NCBI GenBank assembly: GCA_900547775.1
Contig: URHW01000001.1
Span: 65,762-129,761, forward strand
Reading direction: 5' to 3'
Length of the DNA: 64,000 bases
From: an uncultured Mycoplasmatota bacterium
Lineage (GTDB): Bacteria > Bacillota_I > Bacilli_A > RF39 > UBA660
Made by a program: the position numbers and the translations under genes
Shown: positions 50,710-59,473 of the stretch, piece by piece
Layout of the letters: every line of letters begins with the position of its first letter
Position numbering within the stretch: position 1 is the stretch's first letter
The notes under the pieces: generated by a model
Told to the model about the DNA's origin: nothing
What the model saw: only the letters and a program-made list of their open reading frames with translations
Database searches by the model: none

Positions 50710-51259
50710 TACTCATCACCGTCCCATACTCATTTTTTGCTCCCCCATTAAGGAAGTTCTGAAGCAAAAATTTTAAGTCTTCATCACTTGCTTGTCTTGA
50801 ATTTAGTCCACAACCGGCTAAGTTTGCAATCATGGTTTGAATTCTTTTTTGAACTACTTCTAATTTTTTATCTCTGAACAAGAAGAAATATTCTGTATCA
50901 ACTGCATTAACACTGCTGCCGCCAAACATCTCGGCTTTTTGAATATCCTGATTAATTAATTTTCTTACGGCTTGATTTTGCGCATTGTCATATTGAAGTT
51001 GTAGTTGTGATAAGTATAGTTTTATATCTACTGGTCTATCTGCAACTACTAGCCAAAATTCGTAGTCAAGTGTGTTATAAAAGTTCCTTAAGTTAAAGAT
51101 AATATTATTTTGTGTTTGATAATCTAATATGAAAATATTTTTGGGTTCAACTTTAATTCCTGTTACATAATAATTATTATTTAAGATAATCATTCCGTTT
51201 TGAATTGCTTTAACAGGTACCCAATCTTCAGAAAATTTACTTGTCTTCTGTTTTGCCAT
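50702..51259 (-). CDS. VirB4 N-terminal domain as a separate 185-aa ORF
   Basis: FYNTLDYEFWLVVADRPVD and upstream IILNNNYYVTGIKVEP match the CagE/TrbE/VirB4 N-terminal region. 8-nt overlap (ATGTCTAA) with the ATPase ORF. MSN occurs at both ends of the junction. Confidence 0.55.
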   Translation of the reverse strand: MAKQKTSKFSEDWVPVKAIQNGMIILNNNYYVTGIKVEPKNIFILDYQTQNNIIFNLRNFYNTLDYEFWLVVADRPVDIKLYLSQLQLQYDNAQNQAVRKLINQDIQKAEMFGGSSVNAVDTEYFFLFRDKKLEVVQKRIQTMIANLAGCGLNSRQASDEDLKFLLQNFLNGGAKNEYGTVMSNV

Positions 51260-51560
51260 AGCTATTACACCAACCTTTCCAATAATAAACTCGATTATTT
51301 GTATAATATGTGAATACGTTTTTGATAAACGTTCTAACGTTATGCTGATTTGGCAGAGGAACTATTAAGAACGTGCATACAAGAGCTGGAGTTAATATTA
51401 AGAATGCCGTTTTCATATCATTAGTTTGAATTGATAGCATAAGTACAAAACTTACTACTACTCCAGTTATGAAGATTATCAAATCCGTTGTATTGAATAG
51501 GCCCAATATCAGCATAGATTTTTTTGAGTTTGCTGGTATCAAGTAATTATTGTTTCCCAC
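51237..51560 (-). CDS. PrgI/VirB3-like small membrane protein
   Basis: 107 aa, two TM helices (MLILGLFNTTDLIIFITGVVVSFVL; AFLILTPALVCTFLIV), C-terminal NVFTYYTNNRVYYWKG. Sits directly upstream of VirB4. Confidence 0.5.
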   Translation of the reverse strand: MGNNNYLIPANSKKSMLILGLFNTTDLIIFITGVVVSFVLMLSIQTNDMKTAFLILTPALVCTFLIVPLPNQHNVRTFIKNVFTYYTNNRVYYWKGWCNSYGKTEDK

Positions 51561-51574
51561 TTTTTATTCCTCCT

Positions 51575-52006
51575 TTATTTAATTCCAAATGAACCTAGAA
51601 GTGCTTTGCATCTATCAAGTGCTTTTCCTGAAAATAGATAATTTACAAAGTACTCAGTATTTGTATATCTGTCATCCTGATGTACTATTAGTCCTGCTTT
51701 TTTAGAAAATGAAGAATTAGTTCTAAGTGTTTTGTTAAGTTCTTTAACACATGCTCTGTATAAACTGGGATTTTCTTTCATAACTCTGTCTAAAAGACCT
51801 ACCATCTGTGTATAATAATATGTATCAATTTCTTTTAATGTTTTAAATCTTCTAAAGTTTCCAGAGTAAAATTCTTCCTTTTCATTTTCCCAAGCACTTT
51901 TTATTATGCTTTCTTCTCCTGATTGCGTGCTTAGTAATAATTCATATTGGGTACGATATTCTGTACATAATTTGCTTATAATTTTTGCATCAATTTTGTC
52001 TATCAT
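51575..52006 (-). CDS. Cytoplasmic hypothetical protein within the secretion operon
   Basis: 143 aa, no TM. Start ATG shares one nt with the upstream stop (TAATG). Confidence 0.35.
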   Translation of the reverse strand: MIDKIDAKIISKLCTEYRTQYELLLSTQSGEESIIKSAWENEKEEFYSGNFRRFKTLKEIDTYYYTQMVGLLDRVMKENPSLYRACVKELNKTLRTNSSFSKKAGLIVHQDDRYTNTEYFVNYLFSGKALDRCKALLGSFGIK

Positions 52007-54147
52007 TATTTACCATCCTTCTTTGCTTGTTCTGATGCTAAACTAGATTGACTCTTCGCAATTGAGTTATTAAGTGCCGTTTCTAAATCCTCATATTGTT
52101 TTGCAAATTGTGCATAATTAATGTTTTCGGACTTAGCTTGAGTTACTAAGTCATTTACCATGCCAGAAAGTTTATCTCTTTGTTCTGGGTCATCTATTGT
52201 AAATGCAACCTGTTCAAATTGTTTTGAAAGTGTTTGTGCATAATTGATGCATCCATCTTGTCCAAGTTTTTCTAAACTCTTTGCTTGTTCTGCTGATAAT
52301 AAATCTTTGTAAACGGCCTTAATTGTTTTTTCTCTATCGTTTGCTGTACCAAAATTGTATGTCTTGTCACCTACTGTAATTGAGTTTCCACTTTGTACTA
52401 CACGTTTTCCAGAGACACTTGCTAGTCTGCTTGCTAATTCAGCACTAGTTAGTTTACCTTGATATGAATCAGTAATAAGGTCATCTCTACCTTTTTTGAT
52501 GTTATTATATGAGCCTTTATTAGCAACGTTTTTCAAGAATGAACCAACTGTATTTTTTAGTTTTGTTTGATTATCTACAGAACGTTGTAATACTGAATTG
52601 CTTCCATCAGTAAGGTAGTCTGCAAATGTTGAAGCTGCATCCGCGATATTATCTGTCATACGGTCAAATACTGTAGAGTATTCTTTTGCTTTTTCTGCAA
52701 CTGCTTTTTTAATTTGCTCTTCACTCCACTCTGGATGTAATGTACGTAAAGTGTTTGTGTATTCTTCACCATGTTCCTCAATCCACTTATTTTCAAGTTG
52801 TCTATTATGTGCTTCTCTATCATCTCTATGCTCATCAGCGGTTGAACGCGCTCCGACAATTGTATCTTTTACTTTGGTAATATCATTAAGGCCTCTACTT
52901 TGAACCCATCCTTGACGACCGCCACCGATAAGTCCTCCAAAACCAGTTTTAATAACTTGACCAACGCTTTTTCCAGCACCAATTCCTTTTATTACATTTC
53001 CAACTGCTGTTGTTCCTGCAGCACCTAACACAGATGCACCACGTAATGCGTATTCATTTTCATTAAGTTTTTTCTTGATGGACATTTGAGGTATTTTAAC
53101 GCTGAAGATTTCTTCGAGAAGTTTCGGAGCATCTTTAGCAAATTTTAAGATTCCTAGAATTACTACTACTGTAGCAATAACATTAATAAAAAGTCCTCCA
53201 CCACTTGCAAAGATATTTATATCTGACACAAACGATATTAATAACATCGCAAAGTTTATTATGACTATTCTTTCAAAAACCTGGAGATATGTTTTAGTAA
53301 ATTCACTGAACCATTTGTCAAACTGACCACCTTTTGGCTTCGTTATCCTTAAAAATATTGGAATTGGAGCGATTAACTTTAAAGCGCCTAGTTTTGCTGC
53401 TCTAACGCCCAAATCAAGTGAAAATGATAAGAATAAATATGCTGCAACTACTCCGGCAATCGTGCTTAATGGAAATAAATATTCCATATCATCATCATAT
53501 ATTCCATCTTTTAGGTCTTCATCATGCATGAAGTTCCAAAGACCACCTATACCATTTTTAGCATTATCGGCCATTTCTTTGTATCTTGAACATAACTTGA
53601 CGGATGAGCTCTCACATTCGGTTAGCGTAACCGGCTCTTTGTTTTCATCTATCGGATGGTAAAATGCCGTAAAGATTGTTACCGAAACATTTAGAGCACC
53701 TTTCGTTTGTCCATTTTCACCAGAATCACTTGCGGTTGAACCCATGATAAGATTACCAATTGTGTTGTTTTCTATTATATGATTTTGAAATATTTGCATG
53801 TATTCACATATTAATGGAAATAAGGTAACTAAAACAATTGAAATTATTGTATTTTGAACAATATTTTTTACTGATTTTTCTCCTTTGCTCAATGAGTCAG
53901 GGTCAACGATTGCCAAGATTATATTATATGCAAAAACGAATAGCATGACTATTCCGATTATTGTATAAATCCTTCTGGATATTACACCAACATTTTCTGT
54001 TGAAAATACTTCTACTTTACTTACTACTTCAAATAGTTGATAACATATATTAATTGCTAAATAGATTACATAGTCAATTGTAAGAAGAATTCCATAAAAG
54101 GCATTTGATACCCAATTTCCAATTATACTTCCTGTGAGTGTTCCCAT
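52006..54147 (-). CDS. VirB6-like polytopic membrane protein (TrbL/PrgH/TcpH/ConG-type) with long hydrophilic C-terminal extension
   Basis: Start at MGTLTGS with AGGAGG 7 nt upstream. About 7 TM helices in the first 400 aa, a Gly-rich segment, then a roughly 300-aa charged C-terminal domain. Confidence 0.5.
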   Translation of the reverse strand: MGTLTGSIIGNWVSNAFYGILLTIDYVIYLAINICYQLFEVVSKVEVFSTENVGVISRRIYTIIGIVMLFVFAYNIILAIVDPDSLSKGEKSVKNIVQNTIISIVLVTLFPLICEYMQIFQNHIIENNTIGNLIMGSTASDSGENGQTKGALNVSVTIFTAFYHPIDENKEPVTLTECESSSVKLCSRYKEMADNAKNGIGGLWNFMHDEDLKDGIYDDDMEYLFPLSTIAGVVAAYLFLSFSLDLGVRAAKLGALKLIAPIPIFLRITKPKGGQFDKWFSEFTKTYLQVFERIVIINFAMLLISFVSDINIFASGGGLFINVIATVVVILGILKFAKDAPKLLEEIFSVKIPQMSIKKKLNENEYALRGASVLGAAGTTAVGNVIKGIGAGKSVGQVIKTGFGGLIGGGRQGWVQSRGLNDITKVKDTIVGARSTADEHRDDREAHNRQLENKWIEEHGEEYTNTLRTLHPEWSEEQIKKAVAEKAKEYSTVFDRMTDNIADAASTFADYLTDGSNSVLQRSVDNQTKLKNTVGSFLKNVANKGSYNNIKKGRDDLITDSYQGKLTSAELASRLASVSGKRVVQSGNSITVGDKTYNFGTANDREKTIKAVYKDLLSAEQAKSLEKLGQDGCINYAQTLSKQFEQVAFTIDDPEQRDKLSGMVNDLVTQAKSENINYAQFAKQYEDLETALNNSIAKSQSSLASEQAKKDGK

Positions 54148-54158
54148 TGTTTTTCCTC

Positions 54159-54506
54159 CTACTCTATGCAAGTTGTGTATGAATCATTGATGAAGCTTAA
54201 TAAAAGATTTAATATTATTGGCAAGAAAAATAATACTACTATTAAAATTAGCCTTGTAATAAGTTTTTTATTAACTTTTTTATATTCTTCTGGGTCTTTG
54301 TTCACTAAAGCAACTATATAGTCATAAGTTGAATAAGCAATTACCAGTATTGGTCCTAAAATTTTCATATATTTGAAAATATTTGATAAATCTTCCATTG
54401 TTGATTCACCTAATAGTCCTGAACATGTTTCTTCTGATAATGCATAAACATTATTATTTATAGTTAAAATTAAACCTAGTATTATAAGCCAAGCCTTTTT
54501 TTTCAT
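54159..54506 (-). CDS. VirB2/TrbC-like small membrane protein, paralog 3
   Basis: Start at MKKKAWLIILGLILTINNNVYA (signal peptide). Two hydrophobic segments (ILGPILVIAYSTY; LILIVVLFFLPIILNLL). C-terminal Cys. Paralogous to 55593..55919 and 57862..58263. Confidence 0.45.
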   Translation of the reverse strand: MKKKAWLIILGLILTINNNVYALSEETCSGLLGESTMEDLSNIFKYMKILGPILVIAYSTYDYIVALVNKDPEEYKKVNKKLITRLILIVVLFFLPIILNLLLSFINDSYTTCIE

Positions 54507-54574
54507 ATTAATCAAACCTCTATATATACAACATAATTTTAATATAAAATCAATCATATTGCAAGGAAAATGCT

Positions 54575-55483
54575 TTAATTATTTTTATATGCATTTTCAT
54601 TTTGATTTTTGGGTTCGTAAATATCAGTTATTCGAATAAATAATGCTTGGCGTCCCATTGAGTCATAGCTTTTATTGAATTTTTTTCTTGGAACTTTGAT
54701 TTCTTTTTCGTCTTTTAATGGGTCATTTATATAATAATTATTTTTATCCATACCAATTACTACAACAACATGTGCATTTTTTGGATATGTATAGGTTTTA
54801 GATTTATCGTAACTAAACCATTCATAAACTTCTTTGGCTTCGGTGTAATCGGTTGTTGTCCACACTAGGACAGGATCCCCACTTTGAACATATTCTTCTA
54901 GTGGCCTTTTGTCATTTGAGGTAAAAACGTGACCGGCAGTATCTTCGGGAAGCATTTCTTTAAATATAGAATATATAGAATTTTTTATAACTGGTAAGAA
55001 TGTTCCCCAGCCTCTTTTAGGATCGCTTGGGTCTCCAGCATAATATTCGCTAGGGTCTGGCCCGTAACGAACACCATTTTTTTCATAAACATCTTCTTTT
55101 GGAAGAAATGTATCAACATATGTTGCCATATCAATATCGATGCCAGCATAATTAAGTAACATTGTAGCACTAGCCACTTCACATCCATTTGGATAATCTG
55201 GATTTTGCTTTACTAGTGGAAAGTTTTTAGTAATGAAACTATATTGTAGGTTACTATAGTATTTATCTAATAAGTCTTCATACTCATATATACTATAATT
55301 ATTTCCTCCTTTTGAGAGTATTAGTTGGTTTGTAAAATAGTCATCTTTTAATGATGGAATTATTGCATGCTTTAATTTTTCTTTTTCACTAGTAAAAAGT
55401 TTATACCATATAAAATTGCTAGATATGATTGTTATTATTAATAAAATTATTATAAGTTTGTATTCTTTTTTCATATATATCAC
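54575..55483 (-). CDS. Membrane-anchored C39-like cysteine peptidase (Peptidase_C39_2/BtrH-like)
   Basis: N-terminal TM. NPDYPNGCEVASATMLLNYAG (catalytic Cys) and HVVVVIGMDKNNYYINDP (catalytic His). Confidence 0.6.
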   Translation of the reverse strand: MIYMKKEYKLIIILLIITIISSNFIWYKLFTSEKEKLKHAIIPSLKDDYFTNQLILSKGGNNYSIYEYEDLLDKYYSNLQYSFITKNFPLVKQNPDYPNGCEVASATMLLNYAGIDIDMATYVDTFLPKEDVYEKNGVRYGPDPSEYYAGDPSDPKRGWGTFLPVIKNSIYSIFKEMLPEDTAGHVFTSNDKRPLEEYVQSGDPVLVWTTTDYTEAKEVYEWFSYDKSKTYTYPKNAHVVVVIGMDKNNYYINDPLKDEKEIKVPRKKFNKSYDSMGRQALFIRITDIYEPKNQNENAYKNN

Positions 55484-55566
55484 GATTTAATTATAACAGA
55501 TTGTAATAGTAAAAGTATTTTTATAGTAAATATTTTACATTTTATTAGTTATTTTTACAAAGAAAA

Positions 55567-55590
55567 AAATCTCAGTAATCTGAGATTTTC
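55567..55590 (-). terminator. Strong rho-independent terminator inside the secretion locus
   Basis: Perfect 9-bp stem aaatctcag/ctgagattt with a 4-nt loop. A 7-nt T-run follows on the minus strand (A-run 55562-55569 on plus). Sits between paralog 2 and the C39 peptidase gene. Confidence 0.6.
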
Positions 55591-55592
55591 GA

Positions 55593-55919
55593 TTAGTCAC
55601 AATTCCAAGGACTTAAAATGCAGTCTTGACATTTTTTGAAGTTATCAACTGGCATATCTTTGTATCCATTGATAGTTCCAAATAGCCACATTACTACTGT
55701 TGGTACGAAGAAAATTAGCACGCCAGCAATTGCACGATACATTAAACGCTTACTAGCAACTTTAATATCATCATCTTTACTTCCAACTACTGCTTTTCCT
55801 AAATCGAACATACCATATCCAATAATTAATAATGGAATAGCTATTTTAAATACTGTTAGGATCCAACCAATAAATCCTAATACGTCTGACGCTTGATCAC
55901 AAAATCCGGTAACGTTCAT
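55593..55919 (-). CDS. VirB2/TrbC-like small membrane protein, paralog 2
   Basis: 108 aa. Hydrophobic segments KIAIPLLIIGYGMF and AIAGVLIFFVPTVVMWLF. C-terminal CQDCILSPWNC. No cleavable signal peptide. Confidence 0.45.
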   Translation of the reverse strand: MNVTGFCDQASDVLGFIGWILTVFKIAIPLLIIGYGMFDLGKAVVGSKDDDIKVASKRLMYRAIAGVLIFFVPTVVMWLFGTINGYKDMPVDNFKKCQDCILSPWNCD

Positions 55920-55978
55920 AATTCACATCTCCCTTACATAATTAAATTTTATCTAAATTTTTAAATATTGTCAACAAA

Positions 55979-57064
55979 TTATTTGAAAAGGCCGAAAAAA
56001 CTTGTACTTCCTTGTTTTCCAAACCCTAGTTTTAGTAATAATTTGTCAACTACTAATAGTCTGTCTGCTCGGTCGTTAATTACCGGCATATTATAATAAA
56101 CTTTAAATTTTGTTTCATATTCAAAGTTTGATAATTCTTCATCCTTAATTGCACTTTGATTTAATATTATTTTTCCATCTGCAATTTTTTCTTTAATGTT
56201 AATGTCTTTTTTTAGTGCTTTATTTAAACTTATTATGCCTGGATTTACTAAGTATAAAATATCCTGGCACAGATTTCTTTCTGATAAACCATTTAGGTCT
56301 ATAAGAATTATTTCTGTATCTTTTAAAGTGTTTATTTTATATTTTAAATCTTCTACTGATGTACAAAATGAAATGTCACTATCTTTTAAATATATTGAAT
56401 CTTGTTTAAACATTTCAAATGCTTTAACTTTATAGTTTATTCTTAGTTGTTTTAGTATCATGTACATAAGGGTAGTTGCACCAGCATGCTCAGTTACATT
56501 TTGAATACCTATAATTCTTGCACCTGTTTTAATAGATTCTTCGGCTCTTACATATCCTGGGTTGTAGTCATCATTTATATAAGAATTACTTGTATAAGGA
56601 TTACTTTGGAATGTTTGATTTCCAAATGTGTTTGGTCCCATTCTATTTAATTCTATACTTTGATTTTGTGCTTGACTTAAACTATTAATATATTTAGTAA
56701 CATCATTTAATGTGTTTGGGTGTGTTAATAAATAGTTTATGCCAGCAGCGTTTCTCGTAAAATTGTAATAGCCGTTTTGTACTAAAAGTGTTAGATAACT
56801 ACTGCTATTTACTAGTTCACTATTATTTAATAGAAGAACTGTTTTATTTGGCCCAAAGAAACTTAAAAATCTTAATACTTCTTTTATATCAAAGAAGTTT
56901 TTGATAGCGGTTATATCTATTACGGCTTTGCTATATAATAGATTTCCAAGTTCGGCTTCAATAGTTTCTCTAGTAAACTCTCCAGTTATGGTTTTAATTG
57001 AGTTAATGTCAACACTATCAATAACTTTACTATTTTGATTTTTAATTATTATGTTTATATTCAT
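55979..57064 (-). CDS. CpaE/TadZ-like ParA/MinD-family protein with degenerate Walker A
   Basis: N-terminal receiver-like region of about 150 aa. ARIIGIQNVTEHAGATTLMYMIL aligns to the CpaE P-loop G-x-K-G-G-x-G-x-T-T but lacks the Lys and second Gly. Confidence 0.45.
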   Translation of the reverse strand: MNINIIIKNQNSKVIDSVDINSIKTITGEFTRETIEAELGNLLYSKAVIDITAIKNFFDIKEVLRFLSFFGPNKTVLLLNNSELVNSSSYLTLLVQNGYYNFTRNAAGINYLLTHPNTLNDVTKYINSLSQAQNQSIELNRMGPNTFGNQTFQSNPYTSNSYINDDYNPGYVRAEESIKTGARIIGIQNVTEHAGATTLMYMILKQLRINYKVKAFEMFKQDSIYLKDSDISFCTSVEDLKYKINTLKDTEIILIDLNGLSERNLCQDILYLVNPGIISLNKALKKDINIKEKIADGKIILNQSAIKDEELSNFEYETKFKVYYNMPVINDRADRLLVVDKLLLKLGFGKQGSTSFFGLFK

Positions 57065-57075
57065 AGAATCACCAA

Positions 57076-57540
57076 TTAGAAGACGTCATTTTTAGGGAAA
57101 TATATTGGCTTTGTTTCACCTGTTACAGGGAATGTAAATATTTCACCCATTATTGGTAAGTCAACTCTAAAAAAGACAGTTACCTTGTAGTAAGTCTTTT
57201 TTATATTTCCATTAGTATCTTCTGTTTTAGCAATGCAATATTTGAATTTTCTTGAGTTTGTATTACTTGCTTCAAAACCGTGTGCACCTTCACTAGATTG
57301 TGATGATACATAATCAGGGCAACTACTATATACAAGGTAACCAACATTATTTAAATAGTCTGAAATTTCAGCAACTGTTGAGTCACTTACTCCTTCTTTT
57401 TTTTCAATAATATTTATAATACCATTTTTTACTTTGAAGGCTTTTGAGTAGTTTACAGATATAGCTAAAAAACTTGTAAAAAGTACTATAAAGACAATAA
57501 CGATAGAAAAAATCCAGGTTCCACCTATCGCTTCTCTCAT
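57076..57540 (-). CDS. N-terminally anchored extracytoplasmic protein (possible minor pilin/TadE-like)
   Basis: MREAIGGTWIFSIVIVFIVLFTSFLAISV anchor plus a beta-rich domain with two Cys. Confidence 0.35.
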   Translation of the reverse strand: MREAIGGTWIFSIVIVFIVLFTSFLAISVNYSKAFKVKNGIINIIEKKEGVSDSTVAEISDYLNNVGYLVYSSCPDYVSSQSSEGAHGFEASNTNSRKFKYCIAKTEDTNGNIKKTYYKVTVFFRVDLPIMGEIFTFPVTGETKPIYFPKNDVF

Positions 57541-57550
57541 AATTTACCTA

Positions 57551-57799
57551 TTAATTACCTGCTGCTTCGCTATTAGGACATTTAACGTCTACTGTAGTTT
57601 CACATGCTTCGTCTTCACAATAATAACAATCACATATTTCAGTAGTACAGTTTGGACAAGTGGCTGCTGAGCAATGAAGTTTAGATAAAATGTTTGATTT
57701 CATTGATGGCCAGATAAGTGTAGTAAACACTACTCCTATTGCAGCGATAGCAACTACTGCTACTGCAGTCATACTTAATTCACCTGAAGCTTCTTTCAT
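57551..57799 (-). CDS. Flp-like mini-pilin with Cys-rich C-terminus
   Basis: 82 aa: MKEASGELSMTAVAVVAIAAIGVVFTTLI (Gly plus a long Ala/Val/Ile helix, like class III or Flp prepilins but without EY), then 9 Cys in the last 40 residues. GGAGGAATAAATA RBS. Confidence 0.4.
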   Translation of the reverse strand: MKEASGELSMTAVAVVAIAAIGVVFTTLIWPSMKSNILSKLHCSAATCPNCTTEICDCYYCEDEACETTVDVKCPNSEAAGN

Positions 57800-57835
57800 T
57801 ATTTATTCCTCCTTATCTTAAATTAATTATATAAT

Positions 57836-57861
57836 AAAAAGAATTGTAAATCAATTCTTTT
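57836..57861 (-). terminator. Rho-independent terminator after paralog 1
   Basis: aaaagaattg-taaat-caattctttt hairpin directly after the stop, then a T-run on the minus strand. Confidence 0.5.
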
Positions 57862-58263
57862 TTAGCAATTGTTTGGATGGAATAGACACTCTGTACATGT
57901 TTCATATTCGCCTTGATAATTTGTCCAATCATTAACTGTTGATAGTGCTACGTCAATGATTGTTGGGAGTAACATAATGATTACTCCAGTTAAAATTCTT
58001 TTTCCTAATGTTTGAGCACTTTTCTTAAGTTCATCCTCTTTTCCGGCTTTTACGCTATTGTAGAAGATGAATATGCCTTGGCCAATTATTATCAATGGAA
58101 CAAATAGTTTTACAAACATAATTATATATCCAACAAACTTCATTACATTTTGGATTTCTTCTCTTGCACACATGTTTTCACCTACTGCTTCAGCATGTAC
58201 AGTAAGTGGTAATATTAATAGAACTAATAATAAATATTTGTAGTATTTTTTATTCGTAGTCAT
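57862..58263 (-). CDS. VirB2/TrbC-like small membrane protein, paralog 1
   Basis: Signal peptide YLLLVLLILPLTVHA. Segments KLFVPLIIIGQGIF and ILTGVIIMLLPTIIDVAL. C-terminal CTECLFHPNNC. Confidence 0.45.
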   Translation of the reverse strand: MTTNKKYYKYLLLVLLILPLTVHAEAVGENMCAREEIQNVMKFVGYIIMFVKLFVPLIIIGQGIFIFYNSVKAGKEDELKKSAQTLGKRILTGVIIMLLPTIIDVALSTVNDWTNYQGEYETCTECLFHPNNC

Positions 58264-59386
58264 AACCGTCGTCCTCTTTCTGCTCTGGCATTTTTGTTAC
58301 TAATTTATAGATTACATAGCCACATATTCCAAGTAATATTAAGATTAGAAGTACTAAACCAAAGTTGCTTGATTTTTTGATAGTTATTGTATAGTCTTTA
58401 GTGTCGCCGTTTTCAGCGGTTACAGTTACTACTACTTTACTTTTATTTTTTAAGTTAGAATTGTTTTTTATTTCATATGTTGATGAATCGCTTTCGGTTT
58501 CAACAATCATGTCTAACTTTTTATCACTTCTACTTATTTTTAATTTATATTCAGTTACATCTGTTTTAAATTCTAAGTTGTATCCTTGAATCTCAATTTT
58601 TGAAAGGTTTGTGTTACTATCTAATTCATCTTCATATGAAAGAATTATTCTGTATACACGGCTTGTATCATCTTCTGCTGTTACAGTTACTAATATTGGT
58701 TTATCAATATCAATATTTTCATTGTTTTCAATTTTAACTGTGGCTTTATCACTTTCTGGTTTAGCAGTAACTTCAATACTTGTTATATCTTTAGAGATTT
58801 TTAGATTGTATGTTTCAACTTCTCTACTAAAAATAAAGTCAGTATCTTTTAAATCTAGTTCTCTTAAATAATTGTTACTATCTTTTAAAGTAGTTGTTGT
58901 AGTCGTGGTAGTTGTTTGTGAGGTAGTTGTATTTGGTTTAGTATTGTTTGGACGATTTGGTTTTTTTGTTGTAGTCGTTGTTGTGGTAGTAGTTGTTTTC
59001 TTAGTAGTTGTTTGATAAGTTAGACCATTACTTGTTCTAGAGCAATCATATGATGCTAGTATTGCACAATATTTTGGATAAGCATCACTTCTACAAGCAC
59101 CACTATAAGCAGTACAAGAACTTTTAGCAACAAAATATAATGGGTCTTGATTACCATTTGAGCATTTTACTAGACCTTCTGTATAAAATTGTGTTTGCCA
59201 AGTTCCACTATAGCATGTTGCTTTGATGCAGTGACCGAAATATCCTTGATTAAAGTTTGCTTGCCCGTAACTTGCTTGAAAGTCTAGACATGTTTGATAG
59301 TCTTTTACATAACCGATATCTAGGGCAGCATTAACTTTTAATGGAACTAAAATTGATAACATAGCCATTATTATATACTTTTTCAT
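58250..59386 (-). CDS. Surface protein: Cys-rich N-domain, Thr-rich linker, two cadherin-like repeats, C-terminal TM anchor
   Basis: Signal peptide. Six or more Cys in the first 110 aa. Linker TTTKKTTTTTTTTTTKKPNRPNN. Repeats ending TYEIKNN..KVVVTVTAENGDTKDYTITIKK. C-terminal TM. Confidence 0.55.
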   Translation of the reverse strand: MKKYIIMAMLSILVPLKVNAALDIGYVKDYQTCLDFQASYGQANFNQGYFGHCIKATCYSGTWQTQFYTEGLVKCSNGNQDPLYFVAKSSCTAYSGACRSDAYPKYCAILASYDCSRTSNGLTYQTTTKKTTTTTTTTTTKKPNRPNNTKPNTTTSQTTTTTTTTTLKDSNNYLRELDLKDTDFIFSREVETYNLKISKDITSIEVTAKPESDKATVKIENNENIDIDKPILVTVTAEDDTSRVYRIILSYEDELDSNTNLSKIEIQGYNLEFKTDVTEYKLKISRSDKKLDMIVETESDSSTYEIKNNSNLKNKSKVVVTVTAENGDTKDYTITIKKSSNFGLVLLILILLGICGYVIYKLVTKMPEQKEDDGYDYE

Positions 59387-59394
59387 ATTACCTC

Positions 59395-59435
59395 CAAAAA
59401 AAGATACCGACTTGTTTAACCAAATTCAGGTATCT
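59395..59435 (-). terminator. Hairpin plus T-run between adhesin genes 2 and 3
   Basis: agatacc...ggtatct stem with a 20-nt loop. Its minus-strand T-run abuts the RBS GGAGGTAAT of the next gene. Confidence 0.35.
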
Positions 59436-59473
59436 TCAAATCTATATTAATAATATCATAAAATTATTAATAT

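Noticed and set aside
55979-57799. A complete Tad/Flp pilus system
   Set aside because: Only a CpaE/TadZ-like protein, a Flp-like peptide and an anchored small protein are present. No TadA/CpaF ATPase, TadB/C platform, secretin-equivalent or TadV peptidase is in the locus, and the neighbours are VirB/VirD4-type proteins.
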